A stretch of DNA of 64,000 nucleotides from Antedon mediterranea (taxonomy: Eukaryota; Animalia; Echinodermata): NCBI RefSeq assembly GCF_964355755.1, contig NC_092678.1, positions 8,014,422-8,078,421 of the forward strand, written 5' to 3'. Below are positions 47,600 through 59,263 of the stretch, in pieces (the stretch's first letter is position 1; every line of letters starts with the position of its first letter). Under the pieces are notes generated by a model that was not told where the DNA came from, ran no database searches, and was given only the letters and a program-made list of their open reading frames with translations. The position numbers were made by a program, and so were the translations under genes.

Positions 47600-48240
47600 C
47601 AGTCCGCGAACGAGACAAGGCGGTGATTGGACTGTATTAAAATTCATTAACCAATCACAAAACGACTGCTGCCGTGGCTACAACCCCGGGTGTTTCAAAC
47701 TCTAAATTTGACGATCTCGTACGTGCGTATATAACGTTCATAAAAATTAAGATGGCGTGCCAGTTGGTCGGCCATTTTGCGGACGTTTTATACCAAAATT
47801 AAATTTGATTATTTCTCAATTTCTACTAGGTATTTGAATCTAATTTTTTGTGTGCTGTTTATTAACATTAAAAGGATTCATACAAAGTCATTTTTGTGAA
47901 ATTTTAAAATCCTTTCATATCCATTTTAAGGGCCTGCTTCTATTGAAAAATAAAAAAGAACGGTTTTCTTGGAAATCGGTTTCGGCAGTTGTTTTCGTAG
48001 GGTCTTCCTTGGCTTTTGCGGGCGCGGTCTTCTCTCTGCATGTTCTTAGCTCAGTGATTTGTAATAGCCGAAGGCTGGATAGCAATCTATAGTATTCTCC
48101 ATAGAGAGGGAACCAACAAGATGGCGGCTGCAACCGACCAATCAGATATGCCCTACGCAGTACGCACTACTACGCCTGTGTTGTGAGCCTATCTGCGTGA
48201 GCAGCGCGTTAAGCGTATAAACGCGAACGCATACTATATG
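47600..48240. promoter_or_regulatory. CpG-rich promoter-like segment
   Basis: CCAAT boxes (~47625 reverse, 47651, ~48138), YY1-type aagatggcg (~47749, ~48118), and raised CpG relative to the flanks. Confidence 0.3.
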
Positions 48241-49498
48241 ATCCTCTTTACAAACAATGCTAGATTACCAAGAAATTATTTATTCTACTGCGATTAACAA
48301 TAATTATATTTAATTTTAAAAAAACTTCACTGTGCTTTGACAAGAATATGTGTTGTAATTTATGTGGTCTTAATGTATTATATTAGATTATTATTTGTTA
48401 TATTAAATAATGTTTTGAACACATTTACGGCCGCCCTCCTGTGCAGTATGAATCACTTTACACGCCCTCTAGCCTTCGGCTTTACCTCACTGTCTTAGTA
48501 GCTTTAGAAACCCATCAATAGAGGGCGACATTAAAAAAAATATTATACAAAAATTTGTTTTCAGGTATTAGATTTTTTTTATTGGTTATCCGCACTTGGC
48601 GGTTTCTGGATCAAAATCAAAAGACTAAAAACGAAATGTGTTTATAGATTTTGTAAGTAAATGTACGGTACGGTGTTATCATTTAATTTGCACGATTTTT
48701 AGTGCACAATACCATTTTGTAAGGTCTTCCTTGGATTTGTGTTCGCGGTCTTCTCTCTGCATGGTCTTAGCTTTAGAAACACCCATCAATATAGGGCGAC
48801 ATTTAAAAAAAATATACAAATTTGTATAATGTTTATGGTTGTTTTCAGGGTTTTTTTCGGTAATTAGACTGACCCGAAAATACAGTTCAATAATTATATG
48901 ATTTGTGGGCCGGAGATTCAATACATAAGTTCGGCACTACTGCTGTACTTTTTGCACTTAACTTGAAATCGCTGCTGCAAATAAAGATTACCGCCGCAAT
49001 GCCGAGAGGGTGAATGTTTTGGGTTGAGATTGAGGTGCGAACAGGAGCGGCCATGATTCTTGCAAAAAGAAGACAAATGTCAAATATGACGTTGCGTTAC
49101 GTGAGTTGACTACCATATGCGGTTTTGGTATCATATGTTCTTCCATACCGCATAGTCAAAATGAGCAAAATAAATATTTCATCAGCGGCACACTAATGAT
49201 GAATTTGGTGTATGGATTGAACGTCATCGTTATGCACCATTATTTGGACAAGACTGCTAATTAGTAAAAATTTTATGTAAGTATTTCTCTTTCGCCTCCT
49301 GATTTTTACCTATGTCTGGCTGGTTAAGGCAGCTATGCCAGATTTTTATTATTTTTCTTTTATACTAGATAAAAAATCCATCAAAATTAACCCATTCATT
49401 CACCTAGTTATTAAATATTTTGCATTATTCTGTAAAATCAGGAGTAAGTTAGTTATAGACAGGTTCCATTTCTAAAAAAACGGCCTAGAAAACGAATC

Positions 49499-50260
49499 AA
49501 GAAGCATTTTTGGGTAGAAGCTGGGATCCACTTGATTTAGGATATTTCGACCTCGCTGATTACGAATATGGCGGATCCCAAGCAAAATTCGGCCATCTAA
49601 GCCCTTAATTTGCATAATTAAAAATGGCGGCTATTTTTTATAATTACCCTATATCTCGAGAACCACTAGTCACAGATAATTAATTTTGGTCTCAAAATGT
49701 TTTAAATATATGTTTTTATATTCACTTTAATGACACATTTTCTAAAAAAATGGATGCAAGTCTTATTTCTGACATTTTGACCTTTGACCTTGATTTATCG
49801 TATCTCAGTAACCAATAATCGGAGAGACACGAAATAGGGCTCAAATTGTTCAGAAACTATACATTCATATTTATTATAATGAAATGTTTTAACGAAAAAT
49901 GGCCGATTCTACAACTATTGACCTTTGAACTATTAGTCAAATATAATAATATAATTATAATAATAATATAACTTTGAAAATTGTGGTCTTATACATTTTT
50001 TTTCTTTTTAAATTGTTTAAAACATGTGTGTTTCTATCCAATCTAATGGCATATTTTGTACAAGAATGACCGATAGTATGGTTATTGACCTTTAAACTAC
50101 AGCATAGGCCTACTGTATACTAAATATAATATAATTGCATAACTATGAAATTATTTATACACAATAATAATTAGTAAAATTATAAAATTCACTGCCATCA
50201 AATATGATGTGTTATGATTTATATAGATTTAAAAAAAAATTTGAACACGCAAGTTACATT
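49499..50260. repeat. Interspersed repeat X, copy 2 (uninterrupted, ends at BEL2)
   Basis: Near-identical to 19524-19587 plus 23175-23858. Confidence 0.88.
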
Positions 50261-50435
50261 TGTTGAAATTTGAAATTTGAAATTTGAAATTACCTGGGGG
50301 TTTTTGGACAGCGTGGTGTGTTCACGCAGGTTGGGTTGAAACGTTGTCATGTTATGTTGTGTTGAAGTATAGAGTATCAATAAACTTCACTTTACTGATA
50401 ATAGTGGTCGATATATTTATTCGAGTCATTAAAAT

Positions 50436-50448
50436 TGGTGCCGAAACC
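50436..50448 (+). promoter_or_regulatory. Primer-binding site complementary to the tRNA-Phe 3' end
   Basis: TGGTGCCGAAACC directly upstream of gag. Confidence 0.75.
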
Positions 50449-50472
50449 TCCCTGATCTACTAGGCCTAGAAT

Positions 50473-53400
50473 TTGGATGATAACGATCGGGATAAAGATA
50501 CCAACGAATCAGGTAATATTATGGATAAATTATTGAAAACACGATCAGCCTCCCGTGGATGGGCGACGCGGGAAGCCACCCAACTGGCTACGATGATAAA
50601 CAGTCCGAGTACCACATCGGCTAGTCTGACTCTCCAGGTAGGAGAGTTAGACAAACGAGTCGAAGCTTTGGACGCCGTCCAGAGCCAGGTAGAAGAAAAG
50701 CTATCGGACGATCAATTAAATGACAACATTGGTGAGGCCTACGATTTTCGTTCTCGTTTGTTAAGGACAAAATTGGAAGCAATAAATAGAATAGCTGAAC
50801 TTTCCGAGCAGTCACAGTTACACGTGAGCTCGAGTAACGATAATAATGACACTACCAACGGTATTGGCAGTCGTCTTAATAATACAACAAAGCTACCTAA
50901 ATTTGAAATAAAGAAATTTTTTGGTGAAATATCTGAATGGCAGACATTTTGGGATCAATTTTGTGCTGTAGTGGATAGCACTACCATTCCCAAAGTTAAT
51001 AAATTCACATATTTAAAAAACCTTTTGTCAGGAGAAGCTTTGAACAGCATTGCAGGTTTAGCGCTGACAGACATAAATTATGATATTGCAATTCAATCAC
51101 TAAAAGCTCGGTTTGGTCGACCAGAGCGTATAATCTTTTCACATATTCAGGCACTCATTAATATCAATGTCAATACAAGTCAGGCTTCAACCGCAGCGGA
51201 GTTGTGGTCTATTCGAGATGAACTTAATGGACATGTCCAATCATTAGAAGCACTATGGGTCAATGGAGAAAAATATGGCATAATACTGACTCCCCTTATT
51301 TTATCACGCTTACCTCCAGAAATCCGCCTTGAATGGGCAAGATCAGGAATCGGTAAGGAAGCAGACTTAAAATATTTACTGGGATTTTTGAAATCAGAGA
51401 TTGAGCGTCGCGAACGTTCTGAAGGGTTTGCAAATACGGTTCACAGTTCAGGAAGTGTGCAAAATCAAGGAACAGTTTCAGCTATGCCGGCTACAGTTGC
51501 TGTTGCACGTAAAATCAAGAACTGTATATTTTGTAATAGGACAAATCATAGCTCGTGGAAATGCAGACGACTTAGATCGATGACATATGCTGAGAAATCG
51601 AATGTGATTAAGGAAGCACACGCCTGCTTCAAATGTTTGAACACTAGCCACTTTGCAAGGAAATGCAGTTTCAAATGTCGCAGTTGTAACGGACCTCATC
51701 ATGAAATTATCTGCCAGAAAGGAACAACACAGACAGCCACTCCGGTTCCAGTTTGCACAGAACCAGTAGTCCAAGCTGCAACTACAGAACCATTAGTCCA
51801 AGCTGCAACTACAACTCATTCGAACACTGACATTCCTCATAGTCATACTGTCTTACAGACTGCTAAAGTCAGAGTTAAAGGTAGTAAAGGTGACTGTCTA
51901 GTAACTGTCATGTTTGACACAGGTTCTGATAACACGTATGTATCAAGTAATGTTGTAAATAAGGTAGGACCTGTATGGTTAACATCCAAATCATTTGCAT
52001 TTGCTGCCTTTGGTGAAGGTAAGCCCTCCCAAAATGAAACTAGGAATATTTACAAATTAAATGTTGAAAATAAATATGGTGGGTGGGAAATAATTAATTG
52101 CATTGAAGTTAAATCGATATGTGCACCCATGTTTAGAGCTAAGGTTCCACAGTCCTCCTTGAAAGCAGTAGCCCATCTCCCATTAGCAGATGACTATGAC
52201 AAAGAGAGGGAGATCCATGTTGACATTTTAGTGGGCTTAGATTATTATTGGCAATTTATGGGACGTGGCATACACAATCTTCCAGAGGGTCTGGTAGCCC
52301 AAGACACTGTTTTCGGTTGGGTTATCTCAGGGAGATGGAATTTGAATGACAATATAAATGTTACTCGTAATCATAATGTTAATGTATCCCCACAGTTGCT
52401 TTGCATTACAGACATATCCGATGACAGATTGAACAAATTCTGGGACCTAGAAACAATTGGAGTAAAACCAAGTGATGGAGTGCAAGATGCTGTACTGAAA
52501 GAGTTCAATGAGAGCATACGTCTGGTGAATGAGAGATATGAAGTTAAGTTACCATGGAAAGAGGGTATGAAAGAGTGCCTTCAAAATAATAGAGAGATAG
52601 CGAAGGTGAGGTTAAATAGTCTGAGTAGGAGGCTTGCTAAAGACAAAGAATTAGGTGAAAAATATGAGGCCTCTATCTCTGAAATGGAGAGATTAGGCAT
52701 AATTGCTGAAGCTGACACCACAGATAGTGGTATTGTTTATTACCTTCCCCATCACCCAGTAGTGAAAGATGCCAGTTTTACAACCAAGGTTAGGGTGGTA
52801 TTTGATGCCTCTACTAAATGCAATAATGGGATTTCACTGAATGATTGCCTAGAAACGGGGCCCCCACTTATACCAGGACTTGTTGACATTTTATTACGGT
52901 TCCGAAGGTGGAAAATTGGATTAACCTCTGACATTACAAAGGCATTTTTGCAAATCAAGGTCCATAAGGATGACCAAAATGTCCATAGGTTTCTTTGGAA
53001 AAGGGAGGACAAAATCAGAACAATGAAATTTCTGAGAGTGCCATTTGGCAATGCTAGTAGCCCATTTTTATTAAATGCCACAATTCGCCACCATTTGACA
53101 AAGTACCCAAGCTGCCTCCCCATTACAGAACTACAGGATAACCTTTATGTAGATGACTGGCTCACAGGAGCTGACTATTATGAGGATGCATTATTATTGT
53201 TTCAACAGGCAAAAGAAATCATGGCCCAAGGGAAATTCCCCCTCACATCCTGGAACTCTAATAACACAAAGGTAACAGAGATGTTCTTTAATGAGTTTGA
53301 TGAGTTGTTACAAGATATTTGGTTATTAAATTTAGGATGGGATGAACATACCCCAGAGATTATTCAGCAAAGGTTTGACAAGTGGATAGCTGGATTAGAG

Positions 53401-53800
53401 TCTTTACGAAATTGGGAAATCCCTAGATGCTATACTCCCGCATTGTTATGGTCAGATATGTCGGATATTGAGTTACATGGGTTTGGTGACGCTTCGTATC
53501 CCAAAGTCTGATGGATTTAAAGTTTCATTTGTCACATCTAGAGCGAGAGTCGCTCCAGTGAAAAAAGTTTCACTTCCTCGTTTGGAATTATTAGGTGCCC
53601 TTCTTACTGCTAGGTTAGTAGTTTTTGTAAGAGACGCATTGAGACTTCAGAATGTAATTTGTAGATTTTGGACAGACTCCACAGTGACATTAGGCTGGAT
53701 TCAATGAGATCCAGCAAGGTGGGATACCTTTGTAAGAAACAGGGTTATAGAAATTCGTAACCTTTCACAGATAAACACTTGGGAAACACAACCCTGCAGA
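50473..53800 (+). pseudogene. BEL2 gag-protease-RT-peptidase A17 remnant
   Basis: KLPKFEIKKF gag region, three CCHC knuckles, FDTGS, YLPHHPV, YVDD and HGFGDAS. In-frame deletion near 53300 (FDPLG region missing), frameshift at ~53500 and stop at 53705. Confidence 0.9.
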
Positions 53801-53801
53801 T

Positions 53802-56800
53802 TTGTTAACTAGGGGTATCTCTGCAGGAGACTTAGTATCATCTGGTATTTGGCTTGATGGTCCAGCGTGGTTAGCTAATAAGTTTGATTTGCCTACTCAT
53901 AGTGTTTCATTAGAAGAAAAAGAAAATGTAAAGCCAGAAACACAGTCAGCTTTGCTAGTAGAATTATGTCCCCCAAATGTCAGAATATTTGATGTTCTTA
54001 GATGGGGTACTTTAGATAAAGCAGTTAGAATAACTGCATTGTGTAAAAGGTTTGTCAAAAAGTTGAAAGGTCCATGTGACTTTCCAGAAAACTTCTCTCA
54101 TGATGAACTGGCTATGGCTAAACTTTGTTTATTTCAACAGCAACAAGAAGTTGCATTTGGGCAAGAACTAGATTCGTTAAAGAGTGGTAAATCTATAAGT
54201 GGCTCTTCTCCACTCTCTAAATTACGTCCATTTATGGGACCTGACGGGTTGTTAAGAATTACAGGTCGTCTGCAGCAGGCAGACCTTTCTTATGATGAGA
54301 AACACCCTATCATTCTACCTAAAGGCCATTTCACAACATTGTTAATTCGATCATTTCATGTTAAATTACAAAATGCAGGTGTTGACACAGTTATCAATGT
54401 ATTAAGAAATACATATTGGATACTTGGTGTCAGAAAGTTAATGAAGTCCGTTAAAAAACGGTGTATGCCATGCCAAAAAGTTGATTCCCTGGCATGCAAT
54501 GAAGTAGCAGCACCACTTCCGGAATTGAGAGTGCACCAGGCACCCCCATTTACGGTCACTGGTTTGGATTATGCCGGACCACTCTTCTGCCTTGATTTTC
54601 CGCATGTTAAGTTTGACATACTATTGTTTACGTGTGCAGTGGTAAGAGCAGTCCATTTAGAACTGACTGAATCCTTAACTCAAAAAGATTGTATGTTAGC
54701 GTTGAGGCGATTCACATCTAGACGTGGTGTTCCATCGGTATTTTATTCTGATAATGCTAAAACATTTGTAGGTGCTCGGACAGAGTTATCCACCCTTTTC
54801 GGTGAGGAGGGTCCGAAGTGGAAATTTATTGCTCCCAGATCTCCTTGGTGGGGAGGATGGTGGGAGCGTCTTGTTCGCTCCATTAAAGGAGCTCTAAAAA
54901 AGTCAATTGGAAGTAAATGTCTCAAAAGAACAGAACTCGAAACATCATTGCAAGAGGTAGAAGCTTGTGTGAATTCTAGGCCATTAACCTTTGTTGGAGA
55001 TGAGGTAGACACTCCAAAGGCCTTAACCCCTTCTCATTTTTTAATAGGCAAGGTTGCAGGATTCCAAAATAAAATATCTGAACTTGAAGTAGAGATAACG
55101 AGAGCGAATTTGTGTGAAAGAGAACTTGTGCGACAGAGAAGACTAGAAGTTCCCAATAAAGAAAATAAAAACAGAAAGTTCTCTAATTTAAAAGAAAGTA
55201 CGTTTTCCAATCAGAAATTTAACTTTTGGTACTCAAATTGTGATGGTTTTCTAAATAAGAAGTCAGAGTTACTTTCCCGTTTGGTTTCAGAAAAAGTTGA
55301 TTTTATTGCATTGACAGAGATTTTACCAAAGCATTGTTTGTACCCGCCACTGATAAATGAATTTCGTGTCCAAGGTTACCAAGCATTTTTTTCGAATGAG
55401 GATTTTACTTCTGGTCGTGGTGTTTTAATTTATGTCAGAAATGGAATTTCAGTTTCTCAAATTTTCTTTAAGAAGAATAAGTTTGTAGAGTCAGTTTGGG
55501 TTAGAGTAAAAGAAGTAAAAACGGATCTTTTATTAGGTTGTGTTTACCGTAGCCCGACTTGTAGTATGGATAATAATATCAAGCTGAACTCATTGTTCCG
55601 TGAAGTATATAAATCATCTTTTTCTGATTTAATCGTTGTCGGCGATTTTAACTATAAAAGTATTAACTGGGAATTAAATTGTGTGTCTTCGGAAGATGGA
55701 GATTCCAGCAGAAGTTTCTTTGACACCATCAACGATCTATTTTTAATTCAACACGTTATGGAACCTACTAGATACAGAGAAGGCGAAACACCCAATGTTT
55801 TGGATCTGGTTTTTACAGACAAAGAGAATACTATAAATGGCATTATGCAGTCTCCACCACTGGGTAAAAGCGACCATATGGTGTTACAATTTTCATTGGA
55901 TCTTGTAAGAGATGACAGAATTGAACCAAATATTCGAAGTTACAGGCATGGTAACTATGATTTGCTGCGCGAGAAAATTGGTTTGGTAGATTGGGATGTG
56001 GTTTTCAATGACAAATCAGGTATTCAATCGTGGGACGAATTCGAGCATATTCTTGCGAAGAATATTGATGAGTGTATCCCGATGAGGAAGGTTTGCCACG
56101 GAAGAAAACCTCTTTGGATGAACAAAAAAATTGAAAAGCAGATTGCCAAAAAGAATAAATGTTGGAAACAGTATGTAAAGGCCAAGAGAAAACAAAAAGT
56201 ATGTGTGTCAGCAAAATGGTCGAAGTTTGTCCAAGTAAGAAATCAAACAGTAGATCTGATTCGATGTAGTAAATCTGACTTCGAAAATAAAATAGCAATT
56301 GAGATCAAATCTAATGAAAAGTCTTTTTGGAGGTATCTCAGTTCTCAGATCAATATAAAGTCTGGTATACCCAACTTAACTGATAGTAATGGAAGGCATG
56401 TGTCTGATGACAAGGATAAGGCTGAGTTGCTAAACACGTTTTTTAGTAGTGTATTTGTCGATGAAAATTTTTCGAATGTACCGGCTATTGATGACATTTC
56501 AGAGGATTTTTTATCTCAAGTTGACTTTCCTTGTGACGAAATCTTAAATATTTTATCAACGTTGAATATTACTAAAACAGCTGGACCTGATGGTATTCAC
56601 CCACGCATCTTAGTCGAACTAAAGGATATCATTTGCTATCCCCTCCATATTATTTTTACGAAATTGTTTCAAGAAGGAGCCGTCCCTAATAGTTGGAAAC
56701 GGGCTACAGTGGTACCGATTTTTAAAAAAGGAGTGAAGTCTGACCCAAGCAACTATAGACCTGTGAGTTTAACTTCGGTAGTTGGTAAAATTATGGAGAG

Positions 56801-58079
56801 AATTATCAGGAAGGAATTATTGGACTTTCTTGAACATCACTCACTTATTTGTTATGAGCAATTTGGTTTCCGGCAAGGTCGTTCCTGTGCTTTACAATTA
56901 CTTGATGTTCTTGAAAACTGGTTTTCTTATTTTGATAATCAGGATTGTTTTGATTGTATCTACCTTGACTACAAGAAGGCTTTCGATAGTGTGCCTCATC
57001 ATAGACTCCTTCTGAAAATGAGTGCATTGGGTATTAGAGGTAAACTTCTAAACTGGTTTCAAGAATTTCTTAACGATAGACAACAACGGGTTAGTGTCAA
57101 TGGATGTGTTTCAGATTGGGCTGATGTTCGTAGTGGTATCCCGCAAGGAAGCGTCGTTGGACCTGTTCTTTTCATTATGTTTATAAATGATTTACCTTCT
57201 GTTATTTCCTCCTCTGTACGCATGTTTGCAGATGATACTAAATTGTATAGAGTAGTTAACACTGTGAATGATGCTCAAGTTCTACAAGAAGATTTAGAGA
57301 AAGCATGTGACTGGTCTGACAAATGGCAATTACCTTTTAACGAGGGTAAGTGCAAAGTAATGCACTTTGGGAAGAAAAACAACAAACATCTGTATGCCAT
57401 GCGTGGTTTCTTATTGAATGAAGTTGATCATGAAAAAGACCTCGGTGTTACTATTGACTCTAAACTTGTTTTTAATGTACATGTGGCAGATGTAGCAATG
57501 AGAGCAAATCGGAAGTTGGGCATGGTATATCGAGCTTTCAAGTTTTTAAATATGGATGGGTTTCTTCGTTTATATAAAGCTATTATTCGTCCGACCTTGG
57601 AATACTGCAACGTTGTTTTTAACTCGCTACATTGTAAGGAGGAAGACCTATTGGAAAAAGTCCAAGAACGTGCCACCAAGCTTATTTTTTCCATTCGTCA
57701 TTTACCTTATTCAGAAAGGCTGAAAATTCTCAACCTACCTACTCTCGCATACAGAAGGCAAAGAGCTCATTTGATACAGATTTTTAAAATTTTACATGGA
57801 GTGGATAGTATTTCTGCTGATTCTTTTTTTGAGCGTGATGAAGATGTTAGAACACGTGGTCATTCTTTTAAATTAAAATTTAAGTTCTCACGCACAAATT
57901 GGATGAGGGACTCATTTGGTCGAAAAGCTATTATATTATGGAATTCGTTATCGGAGGATGTAGTAGCTTCAAGATCAACCAATCAATTTAAGTCCGGTCT
58001 TGAACGGGCATGGTCCAACCACCCTCTTAAATTTGCGCCATATTCAAGAGTTGATGTAATTATCAAGAGGGGCTTATAG
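53802..58079 (+). CDS. Chimeric open frame: BEL integrase fused to CR1 endonuclease-RT (1425 aa)
   Basis: GLDYAGP, SDNAKTF, GGWWER and NSRPL, then after RQRRLE come ALTE, GRGV, VYRSP, VGDFN, SDH, NYRPVSLTS, GIPQGS and FADD with no stop. Confidence 0.8.
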   Translation: MLTRGISAGDLVSSGIWLDGPAWLANKFDLPTHSVSLEEKENVKPETQSALLVELCPPNVRIFDVLRWGTLDKAVRITALCKRFVKKLKGPCDFPENFSHDELAMAKLCLFQQQQEVAFGQELDSLKSGKSISGSSPLSKLRPFMGPDGLLRITGRLQQADLSYDEKHPIILPKGHFTTLLIRSFHVKLQNAGVDTVINVLRNTYWILGVRKLMKSVKKRCMPCQKVDSLACNEVAAPLPELRVHQAPPFTVTGLDYAGPLFCLDFPHVKFDILLFTCAVVRAVHLELTESLTQKDCMLALRRFTSRRGVPSVFYSDNAKTFVGARTELSTLFGEEGPKWKFIAPRSPWWGGWWERLVRSIKGALKKSIGSKCLKRTELETSLQEVEACVNSRPLTFVGDEVDTPKALTPSHFLIGKVAGFQNKISELEVEITRANLCERELVRQRRLEVPNKENKNRKFSNLKESTFSNQKFNFWYSNCDGFLNKKSELLSRLVSEKVDFIALTEILPKHCLYPPLINEFRVQGYQAFFSNEDFTSGRGVLIYVRNGISVSQIFFKKNKFVESVWVRVKEVKTDLLLGCVYRSPTCSMDNNIKLNSLFREVYKSSFSDLIVVGDFNYKSINWELNCVSSEDGDSSRSFFDTINDLFLIQHVMEPTRYREGETPNVLDLVFTDKENTINGIMQSPPLGKSDHMVLQFSLDLVRDDRIEPNIRSYRHGNYDLLREKIGLVDWDVVFNDKSGIQSWDEFEHILAKNIDECIPMRKVCHGRKPLWMNKKIEKQIAKKNKCWKQYVKAKRKQKVCVSAKWSKFVQVRNQTVDLIRCSKSDFENKIAIEIKSNEKSFWRYLSSQINIKSGIPNLTDSNGRHVSDDKDKAELLNTFFSSVFVDENFSNVPAIDDISEDFLSQVDFPCDEILNILSTLNITKTAGPDGIHPRILVELKDIICYPLHIIFTKLFQEGAVPNSWKRATVVPIFKKGVKSDPSNYRPVSLTSVVGKIMERIIRKELLDFLEHHSLICYEQFGFRQGRSCALQLLDVLENWFSYFDNQDCFDCIYLDYKKAFDSVPHHRLLLKMSALGIRGKLLNWFQEFLNDRQQRVSVNGCVSDWADVRSGIPQGSVVGPVLFIMFINDLPSVISSSVRMFADDTKLYRVVNTVNDAQVLQEDLEKACDWSDKWQLPFNEGKCKVMHFGKKNNKHLYAMRGFLLNEVDHEKDLGVTIDSKLVFNVHVADVAMRANRKLGMVYRAFKFLNMDGFLRLYKAIIRPTLEYCNVVFNSLHCKEEDLLEKVQERATKLIFSIRHLPYSERLKILNLPTLAYRRQRAHLIQIFKILHGVDSISADSFFERDEDVRTRGHSFKLKFKFSRTNWMRDSFGRKAIILWNSLSEDVVASRSTNQFKSGLERAWSNHPLKFAPYSRVDVIIKRGL

Positions 58080-58152
58080 GCATAGCCTAGCCTCGACTCC
58101 GGACCCAGCATTGCTGAGCTCCGGAAACAAGTAAGTAAACAAGTAAGTAAAC
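55148..58152 (+). mobile_element. 5'-truncated CR1-clade LINE
   Basis: TSD aagactaga at 55139-55147 and 58153-58161. ORF2 with CR1-type C-terminus (LEKVQERATK, RTRGHSFKL, WNSL). Short 3' UTR and (aaacaagtaagt)n tail. Confidence 0.92.
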
Positions 58153-58161
58153 AAGACTAGA

Positions 58162-58552
58162 GTTGTTTTGGGAAGTATGGAGCAAGGAATACTTGAGAAA
58201 TTTACCTCCCACAATAAACAAATTTAAGAGTAAGGGTAATGTTGGATTAGGTTCGCTTGTATTAATCCGTGAGGATAATATACCTCGCATGAAATGGCCC
58301 CTGGGACGTATTGCTAAAGAATTTCCTGGAAGGGACGGAGTGACCCGATGTTTTGAATTAAAAACATGTAAGGGTAATTTAGTACGGGCTATACAAAGAT
58401 TACATAACCTAGAGTTGGACGGTGGGAGTAACATCCTTCCACAGTCAGTGTACAAGTCTTGTGAAATTAGTGGTAATGAGAAAAAGCCAAAGGAGAACAA
58501 TCCAAGGCGTAGTAGTAGAACGATTAAGCCAATAGATAGACTTGATTTGTAG
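58162..58552 (+). pseudogene. BEL2 integrase C-terminal domain, displaced by CR1
   Basis: LFWEVWSKEYL...WPLGRI...GRDG...RAIQRLHNLE continues RQRRLE from 55147. Confidence 0.9.
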
Positions 58553-58852
58553 TAGTGTTTGTTTAATCAATAAGTTGACTTATACAGAGTTTTCTATAGA
58601 GAATATGATTTAATTAAGAACTTTATGTTATTGTTTGACGTTATTTAACAGAAGTATCAGTAAAATTACTATTAATATCTTCAATTTGTTCCAGAAAAGA
58701 TATACAAGTTAATTTAAATGATTGTTCTAATGTGTATTCAAGTTGTAAGAGGATCAGTTCAGTAATGAATATATATTGTTGAGTTGCGGCATTGTATTTG
58801 CCATATTTTATTTGTTGATATTTATTGTTAATATCAGGTGGGAGAATAGTTT

Positions 58853-59263
58853 AAAACCAGTCAAATCTTATAAAGTGTGACATAACAATCGTATGTGATA
58901 ATACGCAACGAAAATTGAAGCGATGTCCGGCGATTAAAACCAGTCAAATCTTATAATGTTTGACGTAACAATCGTATGTGATAATACGCATACAAAATGG
59001 AAGCGATGTCCGGCGATCAAAACCAGTCAAATATTATAAAGTGTGACGTAACAATCGTATGTGATAATACGCATACAAAATGGAAGTGATGTCCGGCGAT
59101 CAAAACCATTCAAATCTTATAAAGTGTGACGTAACAATCGTATGTGATAATACGCATACAAAATGGAAGCTATGTCCGCCAATCAAAACCAGTCAAATAT
59201 TATAAAGTGTGACGTAACAATCGTATGTGATATTAACGCAATGAAAATGGAAGCTGTATGTTC
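58853..59263. repeat. 83-bp tandem repeat, 5 copies
   Basis: aaaaccagtcaaatcttataaagtgtgacgtaacaatcg... starts at 58853, 58936, 59019, 59102 and 59185. Confidence 0.95.

Larger units (their letters stand above)
50261..58846 (+). mobile_element. BEL/Pao LTR retrotransposon 2 (decayed, CR1-interrupted, 3' LTR missing)
   Basis: Short LTR-like segment (left edge uncertain), PBS, gag-pol remnants, and PPT aggtgggagaa at 58836-58846 with no LTR after it. Confidence 0.9.
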
